This document shows positions 31,760 to 44,986 of a stretch of 64,000 nt of DNA, in pieces. The notes below the pieces were generated by a model, which saw only the letters and a list, made by a program, of their open reading frames with translations, ran no database searches and was not told the origin of the DNA. The stretch lies in NCBI RefSeq assembly GCF_050920415.1, contig NZ_CP169309.1; one strand, written 5' to 3'. The stretch comes from Escherichia coli (GTDB lineage: Bacteria > Pseudomonadota > Gammaproteobacteria > Enterobacterales > Enterobacteriaceae). Position numbers and translations under genes: made by a program. How positions within the stretch are numbered: position 1 is the first letter of the stretch; each line of letters starts with the position of its first letter.

Positions 31760-33739
31760 ATGTTTAGGTTGAACCCTTTCGTACGGGTCGGGCTGTGTTT
31801 GTCCGCTATTTCTTGTGCATGGCCTGTGTTAGCGGTCGATGATGATGGCGAAACGATGGTTGTCACTGCATCTTCCGTTGAGCAAAACCTTAAAGATGCA
31901 CCCGCCAGTATCAGCGTCATTACCCAGGAAGACCTGCAGCGAAAACCGGTACAGAATCTGAAGGATGTCCTCAAAGAAGTGCCTGGCGTACAACTGACGA
32001 ACGAAGGGGATAACCGTAAGGGCGTTAGTATTCGTGGTCTGGACAGCAGTTACACCCTGATTCTTGTCGATGGTAAACGCGTTAACTCCCGCAATGCCGT
32101 TTTCCGCCATAATGATTTCGATCTGAACTGGATACCTGTCGACTCCATCGAGCGTATTGAAGTGGTCCGTGGCCCGATGTCGTCGCTGTACGGTTCCGAT
32201 GCGCTCGGCGGTGTCGTGAATATCATCACCAAAAAAATCGGTCAGAAATGGTCGGGTACCGTTACTGTCGATACCACCATTCAGGAACATCGCGATCGCG
32301 GTGATACCTATAACGGTCAGTTCTTTACCAGCGGACCATTAATTGACGGCGTGCTGGGAATGAAAGCTTACGGCAGCCTGGCAAAACGTGAAAAGGATGA
32401 CCCACAAAACTCAACGACCACCGATACCGGAGAAACGCCGCGTATTGAAGGATTCTCCAGCCGCGACGGCAATGTGGAATTTGCCTGGACACCGAATCAA
32501 AATCACGATTTTACCGCTGGATATGGTTTTGACCGTCAGGATCGTGATTCCGACTCGCTGGACAAAAACCGCCTGGAACGTCAGAACTACTCCGTTAGCC
32601 ATAATGGGCGTTGGGATTACGGCACCAGCGAACTGAAATACTACGGTGAGAAAGTCGAAAACAAAAACCCTGGCAACAGCAGCCCGATTACTTCCGAAAG
32701 CAATACGGTCGATGGTAAATACACGTTGCCACTGACGGCGATTAATCAGTTTGTTACGGTTGGCGGTGAATGGCGTCACGACAAACTTAGCGATGCAGTA
32801 AACCTGACCGGAGGAACAAGCTCCAAAACGTCTGCCAGCCAGTACGCGCTGTTTGTGGAAGATGAATGGCGGATCTTCGAGCCGCTGGCGCTGACGACCG
32901 GCGTGCGTATGGACGATCACGAAACCTACGGTGAACACTGGAGTCCTCGTGCCTACCTGGTTTACAACGCCACCGACACCGTAACGGTGAAAGGGGGCTG
33001 GGTGACGGCATTTAAAGCACCTTCTCTGTTGCAACTTAGCCCTGACTGGACGAGCAATTCCTGCCGTGGCGCATGTAAGATTGTGGGTAGCTCGGATCTG
33101 AAACCTGAAACCAGCGAAAGTTGGGAGCTGGGGCTTTACTACATGGGTGAAGAAGGCTGGCTGGAAGGGGTTGAATCCAGCGTGACCGTTTTCCGCAACG
33201 ATGTAAAAGATCGTATCAGCATCAGCCGTACGTCTGACGTCAATGCTGCTCCGGGCTACCAAAACTTTGTCGGTTTTACAGCGGACGGTGTGCCAGTATT
33301 CAGCTACTACAACGTTAACAAAGCACGTATTCAGGGCGTGGAAACCGAACTGAAAATTCCGTTCAACGATGAATGGAAACTGTCGATCAACTACACCTAC
33401 AACGATGGTCGTGATGTCAGCAACGGCGAAAACAAACCGTTGTCCGATCTGCCGTTCCATACCGCTAACGGTACGCTGGACTGGAAACCGCTGGCGCTGG
33501 AAGACTGGTCATTCTATGTTTCTGGTCACTATACCGGGCAGAAACGCGCCGACAGCGCGACGGCTAAAACTCCGGGCGGTTATACCATCTGGAATACCGG
33601 CGCGGCCTGGCAGGTGACCAAAGACGTCAAACTGCGTGCGGGTGTGCTGAACCTTGGCGACAAGGATCTCAGTCGTGACGACTACAGCTATAACGAAGAT
33701 GGACGTCGTTACTTTATGGCAGTGGATTATCGCTTCTGA
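31760..33739 (+). CDS. cirA: TonB-dependent catecholate siderophore / colicin I receptor
   Basis: 659 aa ORF with signal peptide and C-terminal beta-barrel ending in aromatic residue. Confidence 0.95.
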   Translation: MFRLNPFVRVGLCLSAISCAWPVLAVDDDGETMVVTASSVEQNLKDAPASISVITQEDLQRKPVQNLKDVLKEVPGVQLTNEGDNRKGVSIRGLDSSYTLILVDGKRVNSRNAVFRHNDFDLNWIPVDSIERIEVVRGPMSSLYGSDALGGVVNIITKKIGQKWSGTVTVDTTIQEHRDRGDTYNGQFFTSGPLIDGVLGMKAYGSLAKREKDDPQNSTTTDTGETPRIEGFSSRDGNVEFAWTPNQNHDFTAGYGFDRQDRDSDSLDKNRLERQNYSVSHNGRWDYGTSELKYYGEKVENKNPGNSSPITSESNTVDGKYTLPLTAINQFVTVGGEWRHDKLSDAVNLTGGTSSKTSASQYALFVEDEWRIFEPLALTTGVRMDDHETYGEHWSPRAYLVYNATDTVTVKGGWVTAFKAPSLLQLSPDWTSNSCRGACKIVGSSDLKPETSESWELGLYYMGEEGWLEGVESSVTVFRNDVKDRISISRTSDVNAAPGYQNFVGFTADGVPVFSYYNVNKARIQGVETELKIPFNDEWKLSINYTYNDGRDVSNGENKPLSDLPFHTANGTLDWKPLALEDWSFYVSGHYTGQKRADSATAKTPGGYTIWNTGAAWQVTKDVKLRAGVLNLGDKDLSRDDYSYNEDGRRYFMAVDYRF

Positions 33740-33797
33740 TGCGAAGATGCCCGGCGTGGATCCCGCCGGGCATAATCCCAGAAATTCGCTTCTGGCT

Positions 33798-35120
33798 TTA
33801 TAACCGATGAAATTTTGCCAGTAAGGCCAGTGAAAATGTTGTCAGCAAAATGGTAATGACTGCGTAAATATACACTCCTGACCATTCCCAACTGTTTTTC
33901 ACCATAATAACTGGAAGCCCTGCCATTGCCGCGCCTAAATAACTAAACAAGCCCCTGAATCCAGTAATGGAACCTGCCGCATCTTTATGCGTAACATCAA
34001 GACACCCGACAGCGAATAACATATGCGGTCCATACAATGCAAACCCCATGATTGTAAACAGAATAGCCGTTAATGTGTAGGAGACGTCCTGCACCAGCGG
34101 TACGAGAACGATGCAAATACATAAAGCGATGGCAAAGATTAATCCTGTCATCCAGCGGTTACTTTTAAACATGAAATCGGACAAGTACCCCGCCAGTAAT
34201 CCCCCAGCAAGTCCACCTGCTTCAAACCAGGATATAATGGAGTTCGCTTTAATCAGGCTCCAGTTATGAACCTGAGAATAATAAATTTGTGGCCAGTCAT
34301 TGAGGATGGTGCGTGCAATATAGACCGACATATCCCCGAGGATAATGAGCCAAACTAATGGGTTGGTAAGAATATATTTAACGAATATTTGCCAAAAACT
34401 GAGATCAACCGGACTTGCTTTAACTTGTGCAAGTTCTGTCGGGTCGTTGCGCCACTTACCGACGTTAGGCAAACCGAGCGTGCCGGGACGATCTTTTATC
34501 GTAAACAAGGCAACAATCCCCATAATCAGTGAGATTACACCCGGAACATAAAAGCCCATCTTCCAGCTGCCACTAAAAGCAATAGCAAAGCTTGTCAGGA
34601 GAGGCGCAAGACTACCGCCAATATTATGCGCAGCTTCAACAACTGCCCACCAGCGTCCGCGTTCATTTTTCGAGAACCACGAGGCCATAATTTTTGCCAT
34701 TGGCGGAAAACTGGTACCCTGGAGAATAGCATTAAGGCTATACAGGATATAGAACGCAGCAACGCTGTCTGAAAAACCGAAAAGAATGTTAACAATACCG
34801 ACGCCAATAAGTACGGGGCCAGTCATCGCTCGTGGGTTAATTTTATCGACTAACATGCCACCTACAAACTTCATGGAGCCATAAAGAATGTAAAAGACCG
34901 ACGACATGATAGCGAAATCTTGTGCGGTTAATGACGTATCCGTTAACATCGCTGGCATGGCCGCAGAGAAATTCTTGCGGGTTAAGTAAAATACGGCATA
35001 AGAGATAAATACAGAGGTGATGATTTCAATGCGAAATTTTTTATAAGTATGATCAACTTCTTCTTTTGGTTTGACCACCGGTTGGTCGGCCTGGCTGAAA
35101 ATAAATTTTTTCAAACTCAT
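33798..35120 (-). CDS. Organophosphate:phosphate antiporter-family MFS transporter (GlpT/UhpT/PgtP-like), accessory
   Basis: 440 aa 12-TM ORF; AT-rich codon usage; RBS aaggaaa before ATG 35118-35120; no counterpart at this position in the K-12 order. Confidence 0.7.
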   Translation of the reverse strand: MSLKKFIFSQADQPVVKPKEEVDHTYKKFRIEIITSVFISYAVFYLTRKNFSAAMPAMLTDTSLTAQDFAIMSSVFYILYGSMKFVGGMLVDKINPRAMTGPVLIGVGIVNILFGFSDSVAAFYILYSLNAILQGTSFPPMAKIMASWFSKNERGRWWAVVEAAHNIGGSLAPLLTSFAIAFSGSWKMGFYVPGVISLIMGIVALFTIKDRPGTLGLPNVGKWRNDPTELAQVKASPVDLSFWQIFVKYILTNPLVWLIILGDMSVYIARTILNDWPQIYYSQVHNWSLIKANSIISWFEAGGLAGGLLAGYLSDFMFKSNRWMTGLIFAIALCICIVLVPLVQDVSYTLTAILFTIMGFALYGPHMLFAVGCLDVTHKDAAGSITGFRGLFSYLGAAMAGLPVIMVKNSWEWSGVYIYAVITILLTTFSLALLAKFHRL

Positions 35121-35152
35121 TGTGAGTTTCCTTTTCTGTGAACCTTATGGCG

Positions 35153-36040
35153 CTATAATTTTTCTTCTATAAAAAAGAGAAGCGACTCGAAACCATTAAA
35201 ATTAATCTGGTCAGCAATTTTTTCCCGGGTTTTAGATTTTGCTTTCCATGCCACGCCATTTCCGGCATGCAAAAGCATAGGAATATCATTGGCACCATCT
35301 CCACAGGCAATGATGTTTTCACGGCAGATAGCTAACTCTGTCGCTAAATTTATCAGGGTTTGCTTTTTCTTTTCTGCATTCATAATAGGTAAGGTAATTG
35401 TATCAGTTAACAGATCTTCCTTAATGCGCACAGAGTTAGAAAATGCAAAATCAAGTTGATATTTTTCCTTCAATCGCTCAGTAAAAATATCCAAACCTCC
35501 AGATATAATTGCCGTCTTGAATCCTTTTTCTTTTAGTATGGGAAGAATAGTTTCAAGACCTGGTGAAAGAGTCATCTGTTCACAAACTTGATGCAATATA
35601 TCTTTATGCGTTCCTTTAAGCATGGCAATTCGCCGGGTAAAACTGGTATCAAAATCGATTTTCCCTTCCATCGCTTCACGGGTCAGTGCGGTGATTTTTT
35701 CAGAGATGCCGAGTCTACGGGCTATTTCATCGACACCTTCTTCTTCAACAAAGGTGGAATCCATATCAAAGGCAATAATTCCCTGATCCGGCAAGACCCT
35801 GGGTTTACGGAAAAAATCAAACTGATGATTATCAGCACGGTGACGTAAACCAGCATAAAAAGCAGGGTTGGTAACATCATCTGGTAATACTAGCTTTAGA
35901 TACTCTTTATTTATTTGCCCACTGTAATTCGTTGTTAGCGAAAACACCGAGGGGGAAATCTTTAAATGTTGCAGATAATCTTCCAGACATTTTTGGGTGA
36001 TGTCGATGCCTGTTGGCGACAAGAAATAAATAATCGTCAT
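35153..36040 (-). CDS. HAD-superfamily phosphatase, phosphoserine phosphatase (SerB)-like
   Basis: 295 aa; motifs FDMDSTF and GDGANDIPM aligned to E. coli SerB catalytic core; strong RBS aaggag. Confidence 0.7.
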   Translation of the reverse strand: MTIIYFLSPTGIDITQKCLEDYLQHLKISPSVFSLTTNYSGQINKEYLKLVLPDDVTNPAFYAGLRHRADNHQFDFFRKPRVLPDQGIIAFDMDSTFVEEEGVDEIARRLGISEKITALTREAMEGKIDFDTSFTRRIAMLKGTHKDILHQVCEQMTLSPGLETILPILKEKGFKTAIISGGLDIFTERLKEKYQLDFAFSNSVRIKEDLLTDTITLPIMNAEKKKQTLINLATELAICRENIIACGDGANDIPMLLHAGNGVAWKAKSKTREKIADQINFNGFESLLFFIEEKL

Positions 36041-36250
36041 TTACCGCTCCTTTTTATCTGCAATGATTATAATAAGATTTCATAGAGGCTGATGTATCTG
36101 ACAATCACAGTTGTGAATGTTAAATAAAAGATAAAAAAGTACTTTTTTTGATACTTTGAAATAATAAGATACTAAAAGTACCATTTTTGATATCTTTACC
36201 AGGATATAAAGAATAACTATTTTTCAACGTTGAAGGAATCATTTAAAAAT

Positions 36251-37603
36251 ATGGAAAGCTGCATAGATATATTCAAGATAGTTATTGGTCCATCCAGTTC
36301 CCGCACAGTCGGGCCAATGCGTGCGGCTTATAATTTTGTGTCACAATTGAAACAGCAAGAAATGTTACCTTTGTTGCGGAAAATTGATGTCGAACTTTAT
36401 GGTGCGCTGTCATTAAGCCGCAAGTGCCATAATGTTGATGTGGCGATTTATCTCGGTTTGCAAGGACACTTACCTGACAGCGTTGACATTCGCATGGAAA
36501 TGTCCGCCATCAGGCGTGCAGAAACTGAGGCGACGCTGGAAGTTATGCCTGGTGTCAACGTCAGTGTATCCATTCTTTCTAATCTACAAGCGCATCCGGG
36601 GCACCCTTATGCGATGACATTTCGTGCCAGAGATGACTGGTTTACACTTTATGAAGAAACCTGGTTTTCTATCGGCGACGGTCAAGTGCTAAAAGCAGGA
36701 GAGGCGATTATTCCTCCATCAGTCACTCCACATCCTTTTGAATTCCAGAACGCAAACGAATTATTAAAACTTTGTCAGCAAAATGGATTATCTGTCGCGG
36801 CATTAATGATGAAAAACGAACTGCACTGCCAGACAGCAGCTTTTTTGCATGACGATCTTCATAAAAAATGGGAAGTAATGAAGGATGCGGTTTATCGCGG
36901 GATGCATACAGAAGGATTACTTCCAGGTCCGTTTCAGGTTAACCGTCGTGCCTGTGCTTTATATAAATCGTTGCAGTCAAAGGGGTTTTCCAATGACTTC
37001 CTGACTACGCTCAATTGGGTCAATACTTTTGCCATTGCGGTGAGCGAAGAAAATGCTGCGGGTGGACGTGTCGTGACAGCACCCACCAACGGCGCGAGCG
37101 GTATTATCCCGGCTGTACTGTGCTGGTATGATAAATTCATTCACGAGCTTGATACATACTCCGTTACCCGCTTTTTACTGACCGCTGGTGCCATCGCCAT
37201 TCTGTTCAAAAAAAATGCCTCTATTCTGGGTTCTGAAGTTGGATGTCAGGGGGAAATAGGTGTTGCCAGTTCAATGGCGGCAGCAGGATTAGCAGAACTT
37301 ATGGGCGGGTCAGTGGCTCAGGTACTTAGCGCGGCAGAAATTGCGATGGAGCATCATTTAGGTTTGACCTGTGATCCAGTTGGCGGGCAGGTACAAATTC
37401 CTTGTATTGAACGAAATGCTATTTCAGCTGTGAAAGCTATCAACGCAACGACGATGGCGTTGAGTCGCATAAGCGAGCCGTGCATTACACTGGATGAGAT
37501 AATTTCCGCGATGTATGAAACCGGAAAGGATATGAGCGCTAAATACCGTGAAACTTATCATGGCTGTCTGAGCAAATTGCAGCCAAGAAAAAAGGATGCG
37601 TAA
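36251..37603 (+). CDS. L-serine dehydratase (iron-sulfur, single-chain SdaA type)-like
   Basis: ORF track starts at TTG 36230; ATG 36251 gives [17 protein letters not shown] resembling the SdaA N-terminus; 450-457 aa. Confidence 0.7.
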   Translation: MESCIDIFKIVIGPSSSRTVGPMRAAYNFVSQLKQQEMLPLLRKIDVELYGALSLSRKCHNVDVAIYLGLQGHLPDSVDIRMEMSAIRRAETEATLEVMPGVNVSVSILSNLQAHPGHPYAMTFRARDDWFTLYEETWFSIGDGQVLKAGEAIIPPSVTPHPFEFQNANELLKLCQQNGLSVAALMMKNELHCQTAAFLHDDLHKKWEVMKDAVYRGMHTEGLLPGPFQVNRRACALYKSLQSKGFSNDFLTTLNWVNTFAIAVSEENAAGGRVVTAPTNGASGIIPAVLCWYDKFIHELDTYSVTRFLLTAGAIAILFKKNASILGSEVGCQGEIGVASSMAAAGLAELMGGSVAQVLSAAEIAMEHHLGLTCDPVGGQVQIPCIERNAISAVKAINATTMALSRISEPCITLDEIISAMYETGKDMSAKYRETYHGCLSKLQPRKKDA

Positions 37604-37604
37604 G

Positions 37605-37994
37605 ATGAAATATAATACGATGAATAACAACGAAATTATTTTATCACTGTGCGCTCGCATTAAAGAAACGCGTATCTCATTATCATTGACCCAACAGCAG
37701 TTAGCCGAGCGTGCATTGGTGGGCATAGCAACGGTCAAGCGGATTGAAAAGGGGGGAAGTTTAAATCTTGATACTCTCATTTCTCTTCTGCGCGCGCTGA
37801 ATAAATTGCAAAATCTCGATGCCATATTGTTCGAAGCAGAAATGCGTAATTTCAACGAAAATAGTTCCAGCGGCGAAGGGGCAGGGCGACTACAGGTACG
37901 CCAGCAACTGACAGATTTAAACCAGAAGTCTCCAGCCCCGCACGCAGATGACCATAATTTTAGTACGGCGCTGGAAAATACCCTCTGCTGGTGA
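37605..37994 (+). CDS. Small XRE-family helix-turn-helix regulator
   Basis: HTH segment LSLTQQQLAERALVGIATVKRIEKG; alternative ATG 37596 overlaps the dehydratase stop; stop abuts the yeiG stop. Confidence 0.55.
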   Translation: MKYNTMNNNEIILSLCARIKETRISLSLTQQQLAERALVGIATVKRIEKGGSLNLDTLISLLRALNKLQNLDAILFEAEMRNFNENSSSGEGAGRLQVRQQLTDLNQKSPAPHADDHNFSTALENTLCW

Positions 37995-38864
<870 letters not shown>

Positions 38865-39088
38865 TCATCATACCGTTTATTCAATGTGCTGTGAGTAACT
38901 TTCACTTCCGTATATACATAACGATGTTTTAACATCTGCTGATGAAAGGCAGCGGCAATTACAATAATTATCGCTGTGAATACTGGATTATGTGCGCCGC
39001 CTCACGCACAATAATCAGGCTGTAAATCAGCTTAATAACTTTGCCCCCACGCAGGGCGGAGGCGTCACACCTGCAGGAGAAATCATAA

Positions 39089-39757
39089 ATGCCATCACTC
39101 AGTAAAGAAGCGGCCCTGGTTCATGAAGCGTTAGTTGCGCGAGGACTGGAAACACCGCTGCGCCCGCCCGTGCATGAAATGGATAACGAAACGCGCAAAA
39201 GCCTTATTGCTGGTCATATGACCGAAATCATGCAGCTGCTGAATCTCGACCTGGCTGATGACAGTTTGATGGAAACGCCGCATCGCATCGCTAAAATGTA
39301 TGTCGATGAAATTTTCTCCGGTCTGGATTACGCCAATTTCCCGAAAATCACCCTCATTGAAAACAAAATGAAGGTTGATGAAATGGTCACCGTGCGCGAT
39401 ATCACCCTGACCAGTACCTGTGAACACCATTTTGTTACCATCGATGGCAAAGCGACGGTGGCTTATATCCCGAAAGATTCGGTGATCGGTCTGTCAAAAA
39501 TTAACCGTATCGTGCAGTTCTTTGCCCAGCGTCCGCAGGTGCAGGAACGTCTGACGCAGCAAATTCTCATTGCGCTACAAACGCTGCTGGGCACCAATAA
39601 CGTGGCTGTCTCTATCGATGCGGTACATTACTGCGTGAAGGCGCGCGGCATCCGCGATGCAACCAGTGCCACGACAACGACCTCTCTTGGTGGATTGTTC
39701 AAATCCAGTCAGAATACGCGCCACGAGTTTCTGCGCGCTGTGCGTCATCACAACTGA
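39089..39757 (+). CDS. folE: GTP cyclohydrolase I
   Basis: 222 aa; conserved CEHH motif. Confidence 0.95.
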
Positions 39758-39773
39758 TTAAAAGGCAGGAACC

Positions 39774-40931
39774 ATGGAGCGCAACGTCACGCTCGATTTT
39801 GTTCGCGGCGTCGCCATTCTGGGGATCCTGCTATTAAACATCAGCGCCTTTGGGTTACCAAAGGCGGCTTATCTCAATCCCGCCTGGTACGGCGCTATTA
39901 CGCCGCAGGATGCATGGACCTGGGCATTACTCGATCTCATCGGTCAGGTGAAATTCCTCACGCTTTTTGCGTTGCTGTTTGGTGCTGGCCTGCAAATGTT
40001 GCTACCCCGTGGCAAACGCTGGATCCAGTCGCGGTTAACACTGTTAGTCTTGTTGGGCTTTATTCACGGTTTATTGTTCTGGGACGGCGATATTCTGTTG
40101 GCTTACGGGCTGGTGGGCTTAATCTGTTGGCGGCTGGTGCGCGATGCGCCATCGGTAAAAAGCCTGTTTAATACCGGCGTCATGCTTTATCTGGTGGGGC
40201 TTGGCGTTTTGCTGTTGTTGGGGTTGATTTCAGACAGTCAGACCAGCCGCGCCTGGACGCCGGATGCATCGGCTATTTTGTATGAAAAATACTGGAAGCT
40301 TCATGGCGGCGTTGAAGCGATCGGTAACCGTGCCGATGGAGTTGGGAACAGTTTACTGGCACTGGGCGCACAGTATGGCTGGCAACTGGCAGGGATGATG
40401 CTAATTGGCGCGGCGCTGATGCGCAGTGGCTGGCTGAAAGGGCAGTTTAGCTTGCGCCATTATCGGCGTACCGGTTTTGTGCTGGTGGCGATTGGGGTGA
40501 TCATTAACCTTCCAGCGATCGCCCTGCAATGGCGGCTGGACTGGGCATATCGCTGGTGCGCCTTCTTACTTCAGATGCCGCGGGAACTGAGTGCGCCGTT
40601 TCAGGCGGTTGGCTATGCGTCGCTGTTTTATGGTTTCTGGCCGCAATTGAGCCGCTTTAAGCTGGTGCTCGCGATCGCCTGCGTCGGACGGATGGCGCTG
40701 ACCAACTATCTATTGCAAACGCTGATTTGTACCACGCTTTTTTATCACCTCGGTTTGTTTATGCAGTTTGACCGTCTGGAATTGCTGGCGTTTGTTATTC
40801 CGGTATGGCTGGCGAATATTCTTTTCTCTGTTATCTGGCTGCGTTACTTCCGTCAGGGGCCGGTGGAATGGCTCTGGCGTCAGTTAACTTTGCGTGCTGC
40901 CGGACCTGCATTATCTAAAACATCAAGATAA
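39774..40931 (+). CDS. yeiB: DUF418-family inner membrane protein
   Basis: 385 aa multi-TM immediately downstream of folE. Confidence 0.85.
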   Translation: MERNVTLDFVRGVAILGILLLNISAFGLPKAAYLNPAWYGAITPQDAWTWALLDLIGQVKFLTLFALLFGAGLQMLLPRGKRWIQSRLTLLVLLGFIHGLLFWDGDILLAYGLVGLICWRLVRDAPSVKSLFNTGVMLYLVGLGVLLLLGLISDSQTSRAWTPDASAILYEKYWKLHGGVEAIGNRADGVGNSLLALGAQYGWQLAGMMLIGAALMRSGWLKGQFSLRHYRRTGFVLVAIGVIINLPAIALQWRLDWAYRWCAFLLQMPRELSAPFQAVGYASLFYGFWPQLSRFKLVLAIACVGRMALTNYLLQTLICTTLFYHLGLFMQFDRLELLAFVIPVWLANILFSVIWLRYFRQGPVEWLWRQLTLRAAGPALSKTSR

Positions 40932-41072
40932 CGATCTGGATCACATTCATTAACAAAATGGTTGTAACCGTTTCCATTGCTGTGACTCGATTCACGAAGT
41001 CCTGAATTCAGTGCTGACAAAATAGCCGCCAGCAAGCAGGCATTTACTGCAATCTCATAACAGGTAGTGAAT

Positions 41073-42113
41073 ATGATCACCATTCGTGATGTAGCGCGTC
41101 AGGCTGGCGTCTCTGTGGCAACGGTTTCCCGGGTGCTCAATAACAGCACGCTGGTCAGTGCCGACACGCGTGAAGCAGTAATGAAAGCAGTGAGCGAGCT
41201 GGATTATCGGCCAAACGCCAATGCCCAGGCGCTGGCAACTCAGGTTAGCGATACCATTGGCGTGGTGGTAATGGACGTTTCTGATGCGTTTTTCGGCGCG
41301 CTGGTAAAAGCGGTGGATCTCGTCGCCCAGCAGCACCAGAAATATGTGCTAATAGGTAATAGCTATCATGAAGCGGAAAAAGAGCGTCATGCCATTGAGG
41401 TGTTAATTCGCCAGCGTTGTAACGCGTTGATTGTTCATTCAAAAGCGTTAAGCGATGATGAATTAGCGCAGTTTATGGATAACATTCCCGGTATGGTGTT
41501 AATCAACCGCGTTGTGCCAGGTTACGCCCATCGTTGCGTTTGCCTGGATAATCTCAGTGGTGCCCGAATGGCCACGCGCATGTTGCTCAATAATGGTCAT
41601 CAACGTATTGGTTATCTTTCTTCCAGCCACGGCATTGAAGATGATGCCATGCGCAAAGCAGGCTGGATGAGTGCGTTGAAAGAGCAGGATATTATTCCGT
41701 CGGAAAGCTGGATTGGCACTGGCACCCCGGACATGCCAGGCGGTGAGGCGGCGATGGTTGAACTGCTGGGGCGCAATCTACAACTTACCGCTGTATTTGC
41801 ATACAACGACAATATGGCCGCTGGCGCACTGACGGCATTAAAAGATAATGGTATTGCGATTCCGTTACATCTCTCAATCATCGGTTTCGATGATATTCCC
41901 ATCGCTCGTTACACCGACCCACAATTAACGACCGTGCGTTATCCTATTGCTTCGATGGCAAAATTAGCTACCGAACTGGCCTTACAAGGGGCAGCAGGCA
42001 ACATTGATCCTCACGCCAGCCACTGTTTTATGCCGACGTTAGTGCGTCGCCATTCTGTCGCAACGCGCCAGAATGCGGCAGCGATCACTAACTCAACAAA
42101 TCAGTCGATGTAA
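41073..42113 (+). CDS. galS: LacI-family galactose isorepressor
   Basis: 346 aa from [26 protein letters not shown]. Confidence 0.9.
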   Translation: MITIRDVARQAGVSVATVSRVLNNSTLVSADTREAVMKAVSELDYRPNANAQALATQVSDTIGVVVMDVSDAFFGALVKAVDLVAQQHQKYVLIGNSYHEAEKERHAIEVLIRQRCNALIVHSKALSDDELAQFMDNIPGMVLINRVVPGYAHRCVCLDNLSGARMATRMLLNNGHQRIGYLSSSHGIEDDAMRKAGWMSALKEQDIIPSESWIGTGTPDMPGGEAAMVELLGRNLQLTAVFAYNDNMAAGALTALKDNGIAIPLHLSIIGFDDIPIARYTDPQLTTVRYPIASMAKLATELALQGAAGNIDPHASHCFMPTLVRRHSVATRQNAAAITNSTNQSM

Positions 42114-42124
42114 CCGCTTTCAAT
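42107..42124. promoter_or_regulatory. GalS/GalR operator of mgl promoter
   Basis: atgtaaccgctttcaat resembles the gal operator consensus GTGTAAACGATTCCAC. Confidence 0.5.
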
Positions 42125-42125
42125 C

Positions 42126-42141
42126 TGTGAGTGATTTCACA
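42126..42141. promoter_or_regulatory. CRP binding site of mglB promoter
   Basis: TGTGAgtgattTCACA, perfect match to both CRP half-sites. Confidence 0.7.
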
Positions 42142-42391
42142 GTATATTAACAATGCGATAGCTATGATTGCACCGTTTTAACGCTGTAACCTGCATGTAA
42201 CAGTGAATCATCACTTTCACCGAGGTAATAGCGTCATAACAACAATTAAAGCCTTTTCTGGAGCGTTACCGGGCATGGAAGAACGAATTTTAAAAAGTGA
42301 GCTTCGGCGTTCAGTAACACTTCATTAACTCTACTGCCCCGCCGAGCATTTATCTCAAGCACTACCCTGCATAAGAAAAACCGGAGATACC

Positions 42392-43390
42392 ATGAATAAG
42401 AAGGTGTTAACCCTGTCTGCTGTAATGGCCAGTATGTTATTCGGTGCCACTGCACACGCTGCTGATACCCGTATTGGTGTAACAATCTATAAGTACGACG
42501 ATAACTTTATGTCTGTTGTGCGCAAGGCTATCGAACAAGATGCGAAAGCCGCGCCAGATGTTCAGCTGCTGATGAATGATTCTCAGAATGACCAGTCCAA
42601 GCAGAACGATCAGATCGATGTATTGCTGGCGAAAGGGGTGAAGGCACTGGCGATCAACCTGGTTGACCCGGCAGCTGCGGGTACGGTGATTGAGAAAGCG
42701 CGCGGGCAAAACGTGCCGGTGGTTTTCTTCAACAAAGAACCGTCTCGTAAGGCGCTGGATAGCTACGATAAAGCCTACTATGTCGGCACTGACTCCAAAG
42801 AGTCCGGCATTATTCAGGGCGATTTGATTGCTAAGCATTGGGCGGCAAACCAGGATTGGGATCTCAACAAAGACGGTCAGATTCAATTCGTACTACTGAA
42901 AGGTGAACCGGGCCATCCGGATGCAGAAGCACGCACCACTTACGTGATTAAAGAGCTGAATGACAAAGGCATCAAAACTGAACAGTTACAGTTAGATACC
43001 GCTATGTGGGATACCGCTCAGGCGAAAGATAAGATGGACGCCTGGCTGTCTGGCCCGAACGCCAACAAAATCGAAGTGGTTATCGCCAACAATGATGCGA
43101 TGGCAATGGGCGCAGTAGAAGCACTGAAAGCACACAACAAGTCCAGCATTCCGGTGTTTGGTGTCGATGCGCTGCCAGAAGCTCTGGCACTGGTGAAATC
43201 TGGTGCACTGGCGGGCACCGTATTGAATGATGCTAACAACCAGGCGAAAGCGACCTTTGATCTGGCGAAAAACCTGGCCGATGGCAAAGGTGCGGCTGAT
43301 GGTACCAACTGGAAAATCGACAACAAAGTGGTCCGCGTACCTTATGTTGGCGTAGATAAAGACAACCTGGCTGAATTCAGCAAGAAATAA
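42392..43390 (+). CDS. mglB: Periplasmic galactose/glucose-binding protein
   Basis: 332 aa with signal peptide; operon mglBAC. Confidence 0.95.
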   Translation: MNKKVLTLSAVMASMLFGATAHAADTRIGVTIYKYDDNFMSVVRKAIEQDAKAAPDVQLLMNDSQNDQSKQNDQIDVLLAKGVKALAINLVDPAAAGTVIEKARGQNVPVVFFNKEPSRKALDSYDKAYYVGTDSKESGIIQGDLIAKHWAANQDWDLNKDGQIQFVLLKGEPGHPDAEARTTYVIKELNDKGIKTEQLQLDTAMWDTAQAKDKMDAWLSGPNANKIEVVIANNDAMAMGAVEALKAHNKSSIPVFGVDALPEALALVKSGALAGTVLNDANNQAKATFDLAKNLADGKGAADGTNWKIDNKVVRVPYVGVDKDNLAEFSKK

Positions 43391-43450
43391 GACTGATTGG
43401 GCGCAGTCGTTTACTGCGCCCTTATTGTATGGCCAACAAGGTAAAATTAT

Positions 43451-44971
43451 ATGGTCAGCTCAACGACTCCGTCTTCCGGGGAATACTTGTTGGAAATGAG
43501 CGGTATCAACAAGTCTTTTCCGGGTGTTAAGGCACTTGATAACGTTAATTTAAAAGTCCGGCCACATTCTATCCATGCATTAATGGGGGAAAACGGCGCA
43601 GGAAAATCAACATTATTAAAATGCCTGTTTGGTATTTATCAAAAAGACTCCGGCACCATTTTGTTCCAGGGTAAAGAGATCGATTTCCATTCTGCCAAAG
43701 AAGCACTGGAAAATGGTATTTCGATGGTACACCAGGAATTAAACCTGGTATTACAACGTTCGGTGATGGACAACATGTGGCTGGGGCGGTATCCCACCAA
43801 AGGCATGTTTGTCGATCAGGACAAAATGTACCGCGAAACCAAAGCGATTTTTGATGAGCTGGATATTGATATCGATCCGCGTGCGCGCGTCGGCACATTA
43901 TCCGTTTCGCAAATGCAGATGATCGAAATCGCCAAAGCGTTTTCCTATAACGCGAAAATTGTGATTATGGATGAACCGACATCTTCGTTAACTGAAAAAG
44001 AGGTCAATCATCTTTTCACTATTATTCGTAAATTAAAAGAGCGCGGCTGCGGTATTGTTTATATCTCGCATAAAATGGAAGAAATCTTCCAGTTATGTGA
44101 TGAAGTCACCGTATTGCGCGACGGTCAGTGGATCGCTACCGAACCGCTGGCAGGGCTAACGATGGACAAGATCATCGCCATGATGGTTGGACGCTCTCTT
44201 AACCAGCGTTTCCCTGACAAAGAAAACAAGCCGGGCGAAGTGATTCTGGAAGTGCGTAATCTGACGTCGCTGCGCCAGCCGTCGATTCGCGATGTCTCGT
44301 TTGATCTGCATAAAGGGGAGATCCTCGGTATTGCCGGTCTGGTGGGGGCGAAACGTACCGATATTGTTGAGACGTTATTTGGTATTCGCGAGAAATCGGC
44401 TGGCACCATTACGTTGCACGGTAAAAAGATCAATAACCATAACGCTAACGAAGCCATAAACCACGGATTTGCACTGGTAACTGAAGAGCGCCGCTCAACG
44501 GGAATTTATGCCTATCTGGATATTGGCTTTAACTCGTTAATTTCCAATATCCGCAACTACAAAAATAAAGTTGGCTTGCTGGATAACTCGCGGATGAAAA
44601 GCGATACCCAGTGGGTAATTGATTCGATGCGGGTAAAAACGCCGGGACATCGTACGCAAATTGGTTCACTCTCCGGCGGTAATCAGCAAAAGGTAATTAT
44701 TGGGCGCTGGCTGCTAACGCAACCAGAAATATTAATGCTCGATGAACCAACGCGCGGTATTGATGTCGGAGCGAAGTTTGAAATTTATCAGTTAATTGCC
44801 GAACTGGCGAAGAAAGGCAAGGGGATTATTATTATTTCCTCCGAAATGCCAGAGTTGTTAGGGATAACAGACCGTATTCTGGTCATGAGCAATGGTCTCG
44901 TTTCCGGAATTGTCGATACAAAAACAACAACGCAAAACGAAATTCTGCGTCTTGCGTCTTTGCACCTTTAA
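43451..44971 (+). CDS. mglA: Galactose/methyl-galactoside ABC transporter ATPase
   Basis: 506 aa; Walker [10 protein letters not shown]; duplicated ABC domain. Confidence 0.95.
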   Translation: MVSSTTPSSGEYLLEMSGINKSFPGVKALDNVNLKVRPHSIHALMGENGAGKSTLLKCLFGIYQKDSGTILFQGKEIDFHSAKEALENGISMVHQELNLVLQRSVMDNMWLGRYPTKGMFVDQDKMYRETKAIFDELDIDIDPRARVGTLSVSQMQMIEIAKAFSYNAKIVIMDEPTSSLTEKEVNHLFTIIRKLKERGCGIVYISHKMEEIFQLCDEVTVLRDGQWIATEPLAGLTMDKIIAMMVGRSLNQRFPDKENKPGEVILEVRNLTSLRQPSIRDVSFDLHKGEILGIAGLVGAKRTDIVETLFGIREKSAGTITLHGKKINNHNANEAINHGFALVTEERRSTGIYAYLDIGFNSLISNIRNYKNKVGLLDNSRMKSDTQWVIDSMRVKTPGHRTQIGSLSGGNQQKVIIGRWLLTQPEILMLDEPTRGIDVGAKFEIYQLIAELAKKGKGIIIISSEMPELLGITDRILVMSNGLVSGIVDTKTTTQNEILRLASLHL

Positions 44972-44986
44972 GATTAGGGGCCTCCC

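Noticed and set aside
32411-33460. 349-aa minus-strand ORF inside cirA
   Set aside because: Antisense to a full-length TonB-dependent receptor; no RBS or recognisable domain features.
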